Assembly: GCA_018652955.1 (NCBI GenBank)
Contig: JABIBA010000013.1
Coordinates: forward strand, 232,121 to 296,120
Direction: 5' to 3'
Source: Candidatus Peribacter sp.
Lineage (GTDB): Bacteria > Patescibacteriota > Gracilibacteria > Peribacterales > Peribacteraceae
Length of the DNA stretch: 64,000 bases
The notes under the pieces are model-generated. The model saw only the letters and a list, made by a program, of their open reading frames with translations, had not been told where the DNA came from and searched no databases. A program made the position numbers and the translations under genes. The stretch's first letter is position 1. Every line of letters begins with the position of its first letter. This document shows, piece by piece, positions 30,129-39,004 of the stretch.

Positions 30129-30800
30129 TTAGGGGTTTGTGAAAATCATATGTATTCCGACATTCATGTCATCTGCAAAGATCTTAGCAATTTCTCCTGA
30201 TGGAAGCCCCTCTATTACAAGGACTTTTTCAAACTCGCCATCTATTTGGACAGCTGCGGTAAGACGACCTCGTACAAAGAGACCAATGGTGTTACCAGCT
30301 TGCTCTGTAAAGAGTGTCTGAACTTGTTCTGCAGAGTCATCGGTAAATCCAATAAGTACTCTTCCACGATTGAGTGGTGGCTCTGTTGTTTGTCCTACTA
30401 CCCAGTCCACATAGCTTTTATCGATTCCTGTGGCACGGAAACTACCAGCGCCTTCTACAGTAATATCTCCCTCCTCCGCTTCTTCTACAAGGTAGCGTAC
30501 TTCAAAGGTGAATGGAGTGATCATTTCTTCATTTAAAACTGCTGCTGCTTTTGCATTATCTACTTCCACTTCGATTGTTGTTGCTTTTGACTCTTCATCG
30601 TAATCAATATCGTAGTCGATAAGGTTACCCTCTAAACGACTGAGTCGACGCTCTACTACGTGACGGGTAGCCAAAGAGAGGTCTGTCATACGGCCACTAT
30701 CCTCTGTAGTAAAGGTGACGTTGTAGGTAAGAGTCGTTGGAATGTCACCGCAAGCAGCGAGAAACAGCGCGAAAAGTGCCGGAGCAATAAGTTTTTTCAT
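30129..30800 (-). CDS. lipoprotein resembling the SecD periplasmic (P1) domain
   Basis: Lipobox LAAC; VVERRLSRL; IGFTDDSAEQVQTLFTEQAGNTIGLFVRGRL...AKIFADDMNVG parallels the SecD P1 head of the next gene. Confidence 0.7.
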   Translation of the reverse strand: MKKLIAPALFALFLAACGDIPTTLTYNVTFTTEDSGRMTDLSLATRHVVERRLSRLEGNLIDYDIDYDEESKATTIEVEVDNAKAAAVLNEEMITPFTFEVRYLVEEAEEGDITVEGAGSFRATGIDKSYVDWVVGQTTEPPLNRGRVLIGFTDDSAEQVQTLFTEQAGNTIGLFVRGRLTAAVQIDGEFEKVLVIEGLPSGEIAKIFADDMNVGIHMIFTNP

Positions 30801-30811
30801 AGGCTGCCAGT

Positions 30812-31762
30812 CTAGGGGAGAATAGTACCTTCTCGTAGCATTTTTCCTGATAAATCTATTCCTCTTATCTTACACCCTTTATCGAGGACACAATTGCTTA
30901 AAACACAGTCTTCTATGACACAGTCCTCGAATATTACGACATCAGTCAATTCACTGTCGCTCACTGAAGACCTTTCTCCTATAACCACAGATCCATTACA
31001 CTCAGTCTTCTCTATAGAAGATCCTTCCTCTTCTATTACTCTACCTCCTACCAACTCTTTGGTCGCCTCTATGTATGCATCGAATGATCCAATATCAAAC
31101 CATGCTTCGGTGAAGCTAAAGCACTCGATAGGTTTTCCTCTATTAAGTAGCTCCTCAAATACTCCGCCAACATTATCCGGATGCTCTTTGGCATGGTCGA
31201 TGACAATTGGAAGAACGGATTTTGGTAGTAACGAACACCCTGTATTTACCAAGGTAGTCTTTGGTTCTTTTGGTTTCTCTTCAAATCCTACGACATGAGA
31301 GGAGTTATCTTTTGTTAGTACTGTTCCAAATGCTTTTGCAAGTTCTAAATCTTTAATGTCATGTACGGCAATCAATGTTGTGTCTGGACTTGCTGCAGCC
31401 AAAAAGGCATCAAAAGAAAATCCACAGTAGTTGTCTCCAGTAAGGAGTAAGACATCGTCATTAATCTTTGCTTCAGAAATCCATTGTGCAGTTGCTCCAA
31501 GAGCTCCGAGTTTTTGGTCGTCACTTTTTACATCTTCTATAAGGATTTCTACGTTAGATCTGTTCAGGCTATTTGCCCAGTCTTCGAATGCTTCTTTAAA
31601 GTTTGCGTTTGTACTGATGGTGACAGGAACATCTTCTGGAATATCCCGTACGAGATATTCAATAAGTGGAATACCCGCAAGTGGAAGCAGTGGCTTAGCG
31701 CGCTTTTCTGTAAGAGGCCAAAGCCTTGTTGCAAATCCGCCGGCGAGAATAAATGCGTGCAT
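30812..31762 (-). CDS. NDP-sugar pyrophosphorylase / nucleotidyltransferase
   Basis: ILAGGFATRLWPLT...KPLLP, GDN, FEEKP, WFDIG, C-terminal hexapeptide repeats. Confidence 0.9.
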   Translation of the reverse strand: MHAFILAGGFATRLWPLTEKRAKPLLPLAGIPLIEYLVRDIPEDVPVTISTNANFKEAFEDWANSLNRSNVEILIEDVKSDDQKLGALGATAQWISEAKINDDVLLLTGDNYCGFSFDAFLAAASPDTTLIAVHDIKDLELAKAFGTVLTKDNSSHVVGFEEKPKEPKTTLVNTGCSLLPKSVLPIVIDHAKEHPDNVGGVFEELLNRGKPIECFSFTEAWFDIGSFDAYIEATKELVGGRVIEEEGSSIEKTECNGSVVIGERSSVSDSELTDVVIFEDCVIEDCVLSNCVLDKGCKIRGIDLSGKMLREGTILP

Positions 31763-31763
31763 A

Positions 31764-32564
31764 CTATTTAAAGAACCACATTAATGCGTTCTCTTTTGGT
31801 CCTACCATTGTGACGGGTTGTCCTTCGAGAGATTCTACTTTCTCATCACGCTCTACAATACCGAGTACAGAGGGAAGCAGCATGTAGGTAATCTTGTTTT
31901 GCCTACAGGCACTAAGAAGATTGAGAGATTGCTCTAGGTCACTACACTGAATGAGATGTGTAACACCTTCGCTAAGTACGTCTTCTAGCTTGTTAAGTTT
32001 TCCGCGAACGGGGACTCCATCTATCTCAGCATCTTTGCATCCCTTGCCATCAAGTATGGCTACAGGCTTTAAAGGATTAGATCCCTTATTTAATTTAGTG
32101 ATTAGCGCTCTTGATTCTCTGGTTACTCCGACGATTAATGTAGGAAAGACTGGAGGGTTTGCTCGCAGCATTTTTCTTTGAAACATGGAATACAACAGGT
32201 GCCATATCCAAATTACTACTGTAGAAATAACAAGTGAATACAGAAGCAACATGCGACTAAAGAAGAGTCCGTAGAGGAAGTAATACCCAAGCGCGAAGAG
32301 TGCAGTTCCAACGAGAGAGGAGTAGATGATGTACGCGAGGTTGCGTACGCTACTTTGAGATCTTGTCAGTGCAAATGTACGTGTTGTTATTAGGACGATA
32401 AGCCAGAGCGGTGCAGTAATAGCAACGACTGTGATGTATGGCTTAAAGGGGAAGTCTGTAGAAAGGATCCACCCAACTCGTAAGAAGTATGCGGCAGCAT
32501 ATGATCCAATAAAGACTGCGAGGTCTGTAAGGAGCCAGAGAAGAAGTAAACCTTTGTAACGCAT
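31764..32564 (-). CDS. WcaJ/WbaP-like N-terminal module (4 TM + CoA-binding-like domain) without the catalytic phosphoglycosyl transferase domain
   Basis: DLAVF...AYFLR, FSRMLL, TLIVG, DGVPVRGKLNKL; ends where the catalytic domain normally begins. Confidence 0.7.
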   Translation of the reverse strand: MRYKGLLLLWLLTDLAVFIGSYAAAYFLRVGWILSTDFPFKPYITVVAITAPLWLIVLITTRTFALTRSQSSVRNLAYIIYSSLVGTALFALGYYFLYGLFFSRMLLLYSLVISTVVIWIWHLLYSMFQRKMLRANPPVFPTLIVGVTRESRALITKLNKGSNPLKPVAILDGKGCKDAEIDGVPVRGKLNKLEDVLSEGVTHLIQCSDLEQSLNLLSACRQNKITYMLLPSVLGIVERDEKVESLEGQPVTMVGPKENALMWFFK

Positions 32565-32615
32565 TGGAGGTAGTGTACTAGGGAATACTGTTTTCTGACT
32601 AGTGATTGAGTTTGC

Positions 32616-33578
32616 TTATTTCTGAACGACTGTCTGTATTGGATGCCAAGCGTATTTAAGCTTAGTGGTATCCCAAGGAGCTTTTCCTTTGTAGACAGAT
32701 TTTCCAGAGGCAATGTGTGGAACCTGACCATTAAACAATGTGTCACGGAACCAAATGTACTTAGCGGCAATTGCTGCATTGTCTTGAGCACGTTCTGCGA
32801 ATACCGCATTTTGTAGTACGAAGTACGCAAAGCTTTCTGCGAAGTCTTCGAAGATGTCGTAGCTAGCGTATCCAGATACGAAGTCTTCCGGGTTTGAATT
32901 ACTACGCTGTACAGAGCTTGTGATCCAAGAGATGTTATAGAAGCCAAGGCTTGGGTCATTCTTGTAGATAGCAGCATCTCCATCTGAGAAGTTACTCTTT
33001 CCAGCGTCTTTAGTACCCTGCAGGCAACCAAGGTCCCAGTTGTGCCCACTCTCGTGAACGAATAGAGCACGGAACTCTTCGTCTGGAACGGTTCCATCAA
33101 GGATAAGAACACTCTTTCCAGCAAGACCACGGTGCTTCTGCTTCTCATATTTTACGTAGAAGTTCTTGAGTGTATCGCGACACTTAGAAGGAAGCGCCAA
33201 AAGTACTTCGTTAGCGATCTCCTTATGCTTAGTCTGGATATCTGCTGCAGCAATTGCAGCAACCATTCTCGGCTTAGGAGCAACGGCTACCTTAGAGGTA
33301 GGTGCAGCAGCAGCCTTGGTTACGACACGGCGTAGTGGCTGACGACGCATTCTCTCAATCTTTCTCTTCGCTACATTCTCGAATGCAGCATGTTCAGCAA
33401 GATCAATATCATTGTGGCTATGGTCGTGGGCAACTCCCATACTTAGAAGGGAAGCACTCTCTATACCCATATGGCTTGCAGGACTCTCAGAACCTGCTAG
33501 ACTTTGCTTCTGCACATTGAGTGAGAGCATTCCGAGGACAGACATAAGGCCGATGAAGAGGATGGTTGGACTTCTCAT
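32616..33578 (-). CDS. secreted putative zinc metallopeptidase
   Basis: Signal/anchor; FVHESGH; FVSGYASYDIFEDFAESFAYFV. Confidence 0.75.
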   Translation of the reverse strand: MRSPTILFIGLMSVLGMLSLNVQKQSLAGSESPASHMGIESASLLSMGVAHDHSHNDIDLAEHAAFENVAKRKIERMRRQPLRRVVTKAAAAPTSKVAVAPKPRMVAAIAAADIQTKHKEIANEVLLALPSKCRDTLKNFYVKYEKQKHRGLAGKSVLILDGTVPDEEFRALFVHESGHNWDLGCLQGTKDAGKSNFSDGDAAIYKNDPSLGFYNISWITSSVQRSNSNPEDFVSGYASYDIFEDFAESFAYFVLQNAVFAERAQDNAAIAAKYIWFRDTLFNGQVPHIASGKSVYKGKAPWDTTKLKYAWHPIQTVVQK

Positions 33579-33623
33579 ATTGTGTCGGAAAAAGGAGAGT
33601 ATTTATACTATATTTATTGATAT

Positions 33624-35093
33624 ATGTCAACAGTTCAAAATGAGCCTGAGAAGGTTCCAGATGGCATAAAACCGGGCCAGGAGCACACTGTGTCCATAGA
33701 GAAGCTCACCTTTGGTGGAGCTGGACTTGCTCGTATTGATGGCCAGACCGTCTTTGTGCCAGGGGCTATTCCTGGGCAAACGGTGCAGATTTGTATTACA
33801 AAGAATAAAGGGAGATACCTAGAGAGTAGGCTAGTGAAGGTGATAAAGAGGGCAATGGAGGAGATTCAGCCTCGATGTGAGCATTTCCATGACTGTGGAG
33901 GTTGTACGTGGCAGAACCTGCCGTATGACAAGCAGATTGATTACAAGGAGCAGATTATCCGTGAAACATTAGAACATTTGACCCCTGTAGATGAGGAGCT
34001 CCGTAAGCAGCTAGGAGGCAGAGTGCTTAAGATCATTCCTAGTCCTCAGGTATTCCACTATAGGAATAAGCTAGAAATGAGCTTTGGATACGAGACTATG
34101 AGGGCGCAGGAGCGTAATGGAAAGCGTATATACCTCGATGAAAACCCTACTATTGGGTTCCATCAGCCAGGAAACTGGGAAACAGTGCTTCCTGTGTCTG
34201 AATGTCACCTCTATGACGAGCAAATAGGGCTATTATTGCAGGATGTGAAGCGGTTCATGCAGGAGACTAATCTGCCTGTCTATAACCCAAAGACCCACAA
34301 AGGAATGCTTCGATCCCTACTGCTTCGTCGTGGGGTCCAAACAGGGGAACAGATGATCGCCTTTGTCGTAAAGGCACGGAAGAAGGAATTAGAACCTCTA
34401 TTTCAGCACTTTATGCGCTTTGGAGGTCGTAGCGGACTAGCTTCCCTTATGGTGATAGAGAACCATGGTCAGGGTGAGAGGCCAGAGCAGCCGAAAGTAC
34501 ATACGCTTGTAGGACAGCCTTCTATTAAAGAGAGGCTTTTCGATCTTGAGTTTGAGATCTCTCCGTTCTCGTTCTTTCAGACAAATACGCTGGGGGCAGA
34601 AAAGCTCTACCAGGCAATTGCTACAGCAGCAGATCTTTCTCAGAGTGACATCGTGCTTGATGCCTATTGTGGCATGGGAACAATAGGACAATATCTTGCT
34701 CGCTACTGTGACAAGGTTGTCGGAATAGAAAGCCACCCAACAGCTATAGAAGATGCATTGAAGAGTGCAGGTAAAAACCGCATTGCGAACATTACCTTCT
34801 ATAAAGGACGAACAGAGCAGGTGCTCAGCAACCAAGTGAAAGCAGGAGGGAAGTATAAGTTCTCCGTTATTGTTGTAGACCCTCCTCGTGCAGGTCTGCA
34901 CCCTAAGGCACGAGAGGCAATGCTTGCGCACGCTCCAGAGAAGATCGTCTACGTATCATGTAACATGGCTACTTGTGCGAGAGACATGGGAGACTTCTTA
35001 AAAGCTGGTTACGAGCTGAGGTCTGTACAGCCTGTAGATCTCTTCCCGCACACAGCACACATCGAGACTGTATCGGTCTTACAGAAGAAGTAA
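33624..35093 (+). CDS. rlmD: 23S rRNA (uracil-5)-methyltransferase, RlmD/RumA family
   Basis: TRAM domain, CEHFHDCGGC, YRNK, SFFQTN, DAYCGMG, VDPPRAG, YVSCN, DLFPHTAHIE. Confidence 0.95.
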   Translation: MSTVQNEPEKVPDGIKPGQEHTVSIEKLTFGGAGLARIDGQTVFVPGAIPGQTVQICITKNKGRYLESRLVKVIKRAMEEIQPRCEHFHDCGGCTWQNLPYDKQIDYKEQIIRETLEHLTPVDEELRKQLGGRVLKIIPSPQVFHYRNKLEMSFGYETMRAQERNGKRIYLDENPTIGFHQPGNWETVLPVSECHLYDEQIGLLLQDVKRFMQETNLPVYNPKTHKGMLRSLLLRRGVQTGEQMIAFVVKARKKELEPLFQHFMRFGGRSGLASLMVIENHGQGERPEQPKVHTLVGQPSIKERLFDLEFEISPFSFFQTNTLGAEKLYQAIATAADLSQSDIVLDAYCGMGTIGQYLARYCDKVVGIESHPTAIEDALKSAGKNRIANITFYKGRTEQVLSNQVKAGGKYKFSVIVVDPPRAGLHPKAREAMLAHAPEKIVYVSCNMATCARDMGDFLKAGYELRSVQPVDLFPHTAHIETVSVLQKK

Positions 35094-35542
35094 TGAAGAT
35101 AACGCTCATTGCCGTTGGTTCCCTAAAGACCCCTTGGGCAAAAGCAGGGTGCCAGCAATACCTTGATCGTCTTTCGATAGACCTTATAGAAGTGTCAGCT
35201 TCTAAGCAGAAAGACCCTACAAAACAACAAGAGGAAGAATCAGCTTCTCTTATAAAGAGGCTAGAGAAGATAGAGGGAAAGATATGGGTACTTGATGAAC
35301 GAGGGGAGGCGCTGACTTCAGATACTCTCTCAAAGGACCTAGAGAAGGTTGGTGATATTGGAGATTCAGTCGTCTTTGTATTGGGTGGTGCCTATGGCTT
35401 AAGTGATCTAGTTCGCAAAAAAGCAGATCGTATTATACGGCTTAGTGATATGGTATTACCGCATGAGCTATGCAGAGTAGTGCTTTTAGAGCAAATTTAC
35501 AGATCTGAGCAGATAACAAAAGGGACAGGATATCATCATTAA
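35093..35542 (+). CDS. rlmH: 23S rRNA (pseudouridine1915-N3)-methyltransferase
   Basis: MKITLIAVG, LDERG, FVLGGAYG, LPHELCRVVLLEQIYR, YHH. Confidence 0.95.
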   Translation: MKITLIAVGSLKTPWAKAGCQQYLDRLSIDLIEVSASKQKDPTKQQEEESASLIKRLEKIEGKIWVLDERGEALTSDTLSKDLEKVGDIGDSVVFVLGGAYGLSDLVRKKADRIIRLSDMVLPHELCRVVLLEQIYRSEQITKGTGYHH

Positions 35543-35659
35543 ATCTATTGACCTTGGTGCTAAAACGCCTATTCTTTGCCCATCCTTCGAGAGGAAGACT
35601 CGATTTACTAAAGAGACACGCTTTGAGAAGGATTTGTACTTATTTTCCTTCTCATATCC

Positions 35660-35941
35660 ATGGCTGATCAGGATATCACATGCCGCGATTGCGGTGCTAC
35701 ATTCGTCTTCACAGAAGGCGAGCAGGAGTTCTATAACTCCAAGGATCTCAGCGCTCCTCAGCGTTGTAAGGATTGCCGTGCTGCGAAAAAGAACGCACGC
35801 ATGGGTGGTCCACGAGAAATGCACGATGCCGTTTGCGCAAAGTGTGGTTCAGACTGTCAAGTTCCATTCAAGCCTCGTCCAGAGGAAGAAGGTGGAAAGC
35901 CAGTTCTATGCCGCGAGTGCTTCTCTGCTGAGCGCGGGTAA
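35660..35941 (+). CDS. zinc-ribbon protein with CxxC-x17-CxxC domain
   Basis: CRDCGATFVFTEGEQEFY...PQRCKDCR; AVCAKCG...VPFKP...VLCRECF. Confidence 0.9.
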   Translation: MADQDITCRDCGATFVFTEGEQEFYNSKDLSAPQRCKDCRAAKKNARMGGPREMHDAVCAKCGSDCQVPFKPRPEEEGGKPVLCRECFSAERG

Positions 35942-35961
35942 TTTAACTCGATCTCTAAATC

Positions 35962-35990
35962 AGCCGATCGCATCTGTGGTCGGCTTTTTT
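35962..35990 (+). terminator. intrinsic terminator
   Basis: AGCCGATCGCA-TC-TGTGGTCGGCT hairpin followed by a T run. Confidence 0.75.
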
Positions 35991-36006
35991 GTGTTATTCT
36001 AGATTT

Positions 36007-36372
36007 ATGAAACTTAAAGAAATCCTCAAGCTTACATGGCTTCCAGTTGTCGGAGCATCACTGTGTTGTCTTAGTCCTGTCATCATCGTATTACTCGGTT
36101 TAGGAACAGTGTCGTTTGGTACGTCTCTTGCGGATTCATTTTATGGAGATTATAAGTGGGCGTTCCGCGCCTTTGGTGCAGTACTTCTTTTGCTCAGTAT
36201 TATCTTTTATTATCGTGGCAAAGGAGTGTGTTCGTTAGATCAGGCAAAGAAGCATCGTAATGAAATTATCAATACCGTACTCATTTCACTTCTTGTTGGA
36301 GTACTTGGATACGTGTTCTTCTTGTATGTCGTCGTCCACTACATTGGAGTGTGGATGGGGCTTTGGGTGTAG
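36007..36372 (+). CDS. MerT/MerF-like small metal-transport membrane protein
   Basis: ASLCCLSP in TM1; three TMs; loop Cys. Confidence 0.65.
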   Translation: MKLKEILKLTWLPVVGASLCCLSPVIIVLLGLGTVSFGTSLADSFYGDYKWAFRAFGAVLLLLSIIFYYRGKGVCSLDQAKKHRNEIINTVLISLLVGVLGYVFFLYVVVHYIGVWMGLWV

Positions 36373-36404
36373 ATGATTTGAATCTATTCTGCTAATCTGA
36401 ATTA

Positions 36405-36740
36405 ATGAGTTCTATAGAGAAAGGAAACGCAGCAAATGCAGAGGATTTTGGAGGGTGGTTTATGGGTCACTTCTTACCAGAAGATTCTTTGATGAGTACG
36501 TCTGGCTTAGAGGTAAAATGGAGTCAGTTAAAAAAAGGAGAGACACGTGATGAGTGGGCACCTGTTATTGATAGAAAAACAGTAGCTGTATTAATCAGAG
36601 GACATTTGATTGTTGAATTTCCAAATGAGGAAGTTGAGTTACGTTCAGAAGGTGACTATGTTATTTGGAAAGATGTCTCTCATAATTTTAGGACAATAGA
36701 AGATAGCGTTGTTCTCACAATTCGTTGGCCATCGATATAA
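36405..36740 (+). CDS. cupin-fold hypothetical protein
   Basis: GWFMGHF, EVKW, GDYVIW...HNF, VLTIRWPS. Confidence 0.7.
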   Translation: MSSIEKGNAANAEDFGGWFMGHFLPEDSLMSTSGLEVKWSQLKKGETRDEWAPVIDRKTVAVLIRGHLIVEFPNEEVELRSEGDYVIWKDVSHNFRTIEDSVVLTIRWPSI

Positions 36741-36748
36741 AATATGTT

Positions 36749-36761
36749 TGGTAGCCCGTAG
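36749..36761. repeat. 13-bp direct repeat of the tRNA-Glu 3' end (att-like site)
   Basis: TGGTAGCCCGTAG identical to 38271-38283. Confidence 0.75.
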
Positions 36762-36899
36762 TAGTCTTATTACGAACTCTATTATAGAGGAGATGATCAA
36801 CTGGTATAAGGTGCTGAAAGACCTCCCTATGATGCAAGAAGTGCAGCTACAGAGCGAAAAGGCTTTTGCTATTGTTTAGTAGAACTATATGTATAAAGT

Positions 36900-36930
36900 A
36901 GTCGCTGCCTCCAGAATGGAGACAGCGACT
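36900..36930. terminator. GC-rich hairpin, possible terminator
   Basis: AGTCGCTG-C-CTCC-AGAAT-GGAG-A-CAGCGACT; weak U tract. Confidence 0.45.
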
Positions 36931-37000
36931 GTGCGCTTGTTCTTTATTGCTATGGATCGGAGCTGAACTCAGATGAAGACTGAGCTTCAACTAAACCAAA

Positions 37001-37261
37001 CTAATCTCTCCATACAGATGATCCAGTTGTCGATTCAAATTTGGAGATAATCTTTATTACAGATTCAAACATGATATCTCCCCATCTTTTACGCAGCCTT
37101 CTCTCCAACTCCTCATCCTTACCCTTGCAGTCGGTAAGAACAATCATGACCTGAGCATACAGAGCAGGTTTAATTTTAGTTCGAAGTCCTTGAATGTTTT
37201 TGATGATCTCCGTTTCTGTTGTCACAACCTGACTAAGATCGACATTGACATGATTTATCAT
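37001..37261 (-). CDS. small hypothetical protein
   Basis: ATG 37261 preceded by GGGAG, an SD-like site that is rare elsewhere in the window. Confidence 0.5.
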   Translation of the reverse strand: MINHVNVDLSQVVTTETEIIKNIQGLRTKIKPALYAQVMIVLTDCKGKDEELERRLRKRWGDIMFESVIKIISKFESTTGSSVWRD

Positions 37262-37431
37262 CTGATTTTCTCCCGATAGTGGCAAAGAACAAACTACTAG
37301 CAACAAGCTAGGTTGTTCTCAACCTATAGTTGACTAGATTTAAATATCCTATTGTAGTAAACATATATATTCAACATATCAGATAAAGTATGGTATGATA
37401 TTATCCGAAGTAGATAATTACCAATTTGGAT

Positions 37432-38265
37432 ATGGCTACCTTCAATCCGCTCCACCCACTAGAAAGTTCAATAATAGAACTTATAGCATCTCACAAAGGT
37501 ATTACCATTAGAGATGTACACGAGAAAATCAATTCAGAAGGTGTTTCTGTATCTTTAAATGGAATCTATAAGCCTATCAATCGCATGCTGGATTGTCAGA
37601 TGCTTGTTAAGGCAGAAGGTGAACTATTTATAAATAGTGTTTGGCTTCAACATATTTCGCAGTTCAATTTGACTGCTGGGCAAAATCATTTGCCCACTCG
37701 TTCAGACGATATTTCATTGCCACTTAAAGAAGGTCAAAGGCATGATTTTCATGCAGATTCATTACAGTCATTGGATAGCATTTGGAATCATTTAGTGACA
37801 AAGCTCACTCCAATTCTCAAAGATGATAGTTGGTATGTTTATAACTCACACCCATGGCACTCGCTTGGAATGAGGGATACTGAGCAGAGATTATATGAAA
37901 GTATTATTAGTCATGGAAAAGAAGTATTTATGGTATTTGGAAATGAAACTTTTTTGGATACATATGGACAAAAGCTCGTTACTGCAAATGGCTATCACAC
38001 AACAATAGTTTCTGATTCACCTTTTTTGCAAGATGGGTATGCATTATGGGTTTGCGATGATCACATAGTAGAGTGTATTTTTCCTGAAATAATTTCTCGT
38101 AACTTTTTATTTTTCTTTCAATCGGTACAGAACATATCTAATTTTAATCAGACCTTATTTTCTGATGTATTCAAAATGAAATGTAACTGTAAAATTACAG
38201 TCCGCTGTGATACCAAAGAAGCTAACAGAATCAAATCATTGTTTAAAGGTATTTTGGCTTCATAG
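37432..38265 (+). CDS. hypothetical protein with N-terminal winged-HTH-like domain
   Basis: ITIRDVHEKI...VSLNGIYKPINRMLDCQMLVK. Confidence 0.65.
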   Translation: MATFNPLHPLESSIIELIASHKGITIRDVHEKINSEGVSVSLNGIYKPINRMLDCQMLVKAEGELFINSVWLQHISQFNLTAGQNHLPTRSDDISLPLKEGQRHDFHADSLQSLDSIWNHLVTKLTPILKDDSWYVYNSHPWHSLGMRDTEQRLYESIISHGKEVFMVFGNETFLDTYGQKLVTANGYHTTIVSDSPFLQDGYALWVCDDHIVECIFPEIISRNFLFFFQSVQNISNFNQTLFSDVFKMKCNCKITVRCDTKEANRIKSLFKGILAS

Positions 38266-38270
38266 AGCCA

Positions 38271-38345
38271 TGGTAGCCCGTAGGGGAATCGAACCCCTGT
38301 TTCCAGGATGAGAACCTGGTATCCTAACCACTAGATGAACGGGCC
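38271..38345 (-). tRNA. tRNA-Glu (anticodon CTC), CCA encoded
   Basis: GGCCCGTTCATCTAGTGGTTAGGATACCAGGTTCTCATCCTGGAAACAGGGGTTCGATTCCCCTACGGGCTACCA folds into a cloverleaf. Confidence 0.96.
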
Positions 38346-38410
38346 ACGAAGGCCAGTATAAGCACAGTAACGCTTTGTGCAATGAAAATAGTTCCTCTAT
38401 CATAAGATAC

Positions 38411-39004
38411 ATGCGTATCCTTGCTCTAGAGACCGATGCAGAGAAGATTAAGCAGCAGTGCTTATCTGAAGGGGAAAAGGAGGTACTTATGACGTATTAC
38501 CATGCTCTCAGCTTCTTCTTTGCTTCTTTGCGAGAGATCCTCTTTACGATCATTATCTTTATTGTAGGAATTTCTCTTTGGTACATCGGAGCACCGGTTT
38601 TGTGGGTATTAGGTGGTTTAACTGCAGTATGGTTCTTCTTCATCTTCTTTAATATCCTTAAGGCGTGGATCGATTGGCGATACGACTTTATCTTGGTGAC
38701 AACAGATAAATTAGTACTTGTAGATCAGACTTCTATTATTCACCAGAAGGTTAATCCGATTCATCTAGAAAACATCGGAAGCATTGCCGCAGAAACGCAG
38801 TATTGGAATATCTTTGGATTTGGAAAAATTGTTATTAATCTCAAAGAAGGAGAGGGGGGTCAGGCGATTACATTACATTTTGTACCAGATGCATCGGCTG
38901 TCGCATCAAAAATATCCCAGACTGTTACATACTATCAACGCTATGTGGATGGATCACAAGTTCCCCCTCAAGGCGGCGAGTTGAGCGGCGGACAGAATTT
39001 GTAG
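38411..39004 (+). CDS. membrane protein with bacterial PH-like domain
   Basis: 2 TM, then WRYDFILVTTDKLV, IFGFGKIVI. Confidence 0.7.
   Translation: MRILALETDAEKIKQQCLSEGEKEVLMTYYHALSFFFASLREILFTIIIFIVGISLWYIGAPVLWVLGGLTAVWFFFIFFNILKAWIDWRYDFILVTTDKLVLVDQTSIIHQKVNPIHLENIGSIAAETQYWNIFGFGKIVINLKEGEGGQAITLHFVPDASAVASKISQTVTYYQRYVDGSQVPPQGGELSGGQNL

Larger units (their letters stand above)
36749..38283. mobile_element. small degenerate island integrated at tRNA-Glu; no integrase retained
   Basis: Flanking direct repeats; AT-richer orphan content. Confidence 0.55.

Noticed and set aside
32390-33148. 252-aa alternative-frame ORF
   Set aside because: Overlaps two better-supported genes on the same strand; Ser/Thr/Leu-rich shadow composition
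34973-35092. N-terminal extension of rlmH in the ORF track (likewise trmD, gpmA, wecB, folK, dsbA, 41191)
   Set aside because: Family N-termini, -10 spacing and stop/start overlaps support the downstream starts
36007-36372. Mercury-resistance operon
   Set aside because: Only a MerT/MerF-like gene; no merA, merP or merR nearby
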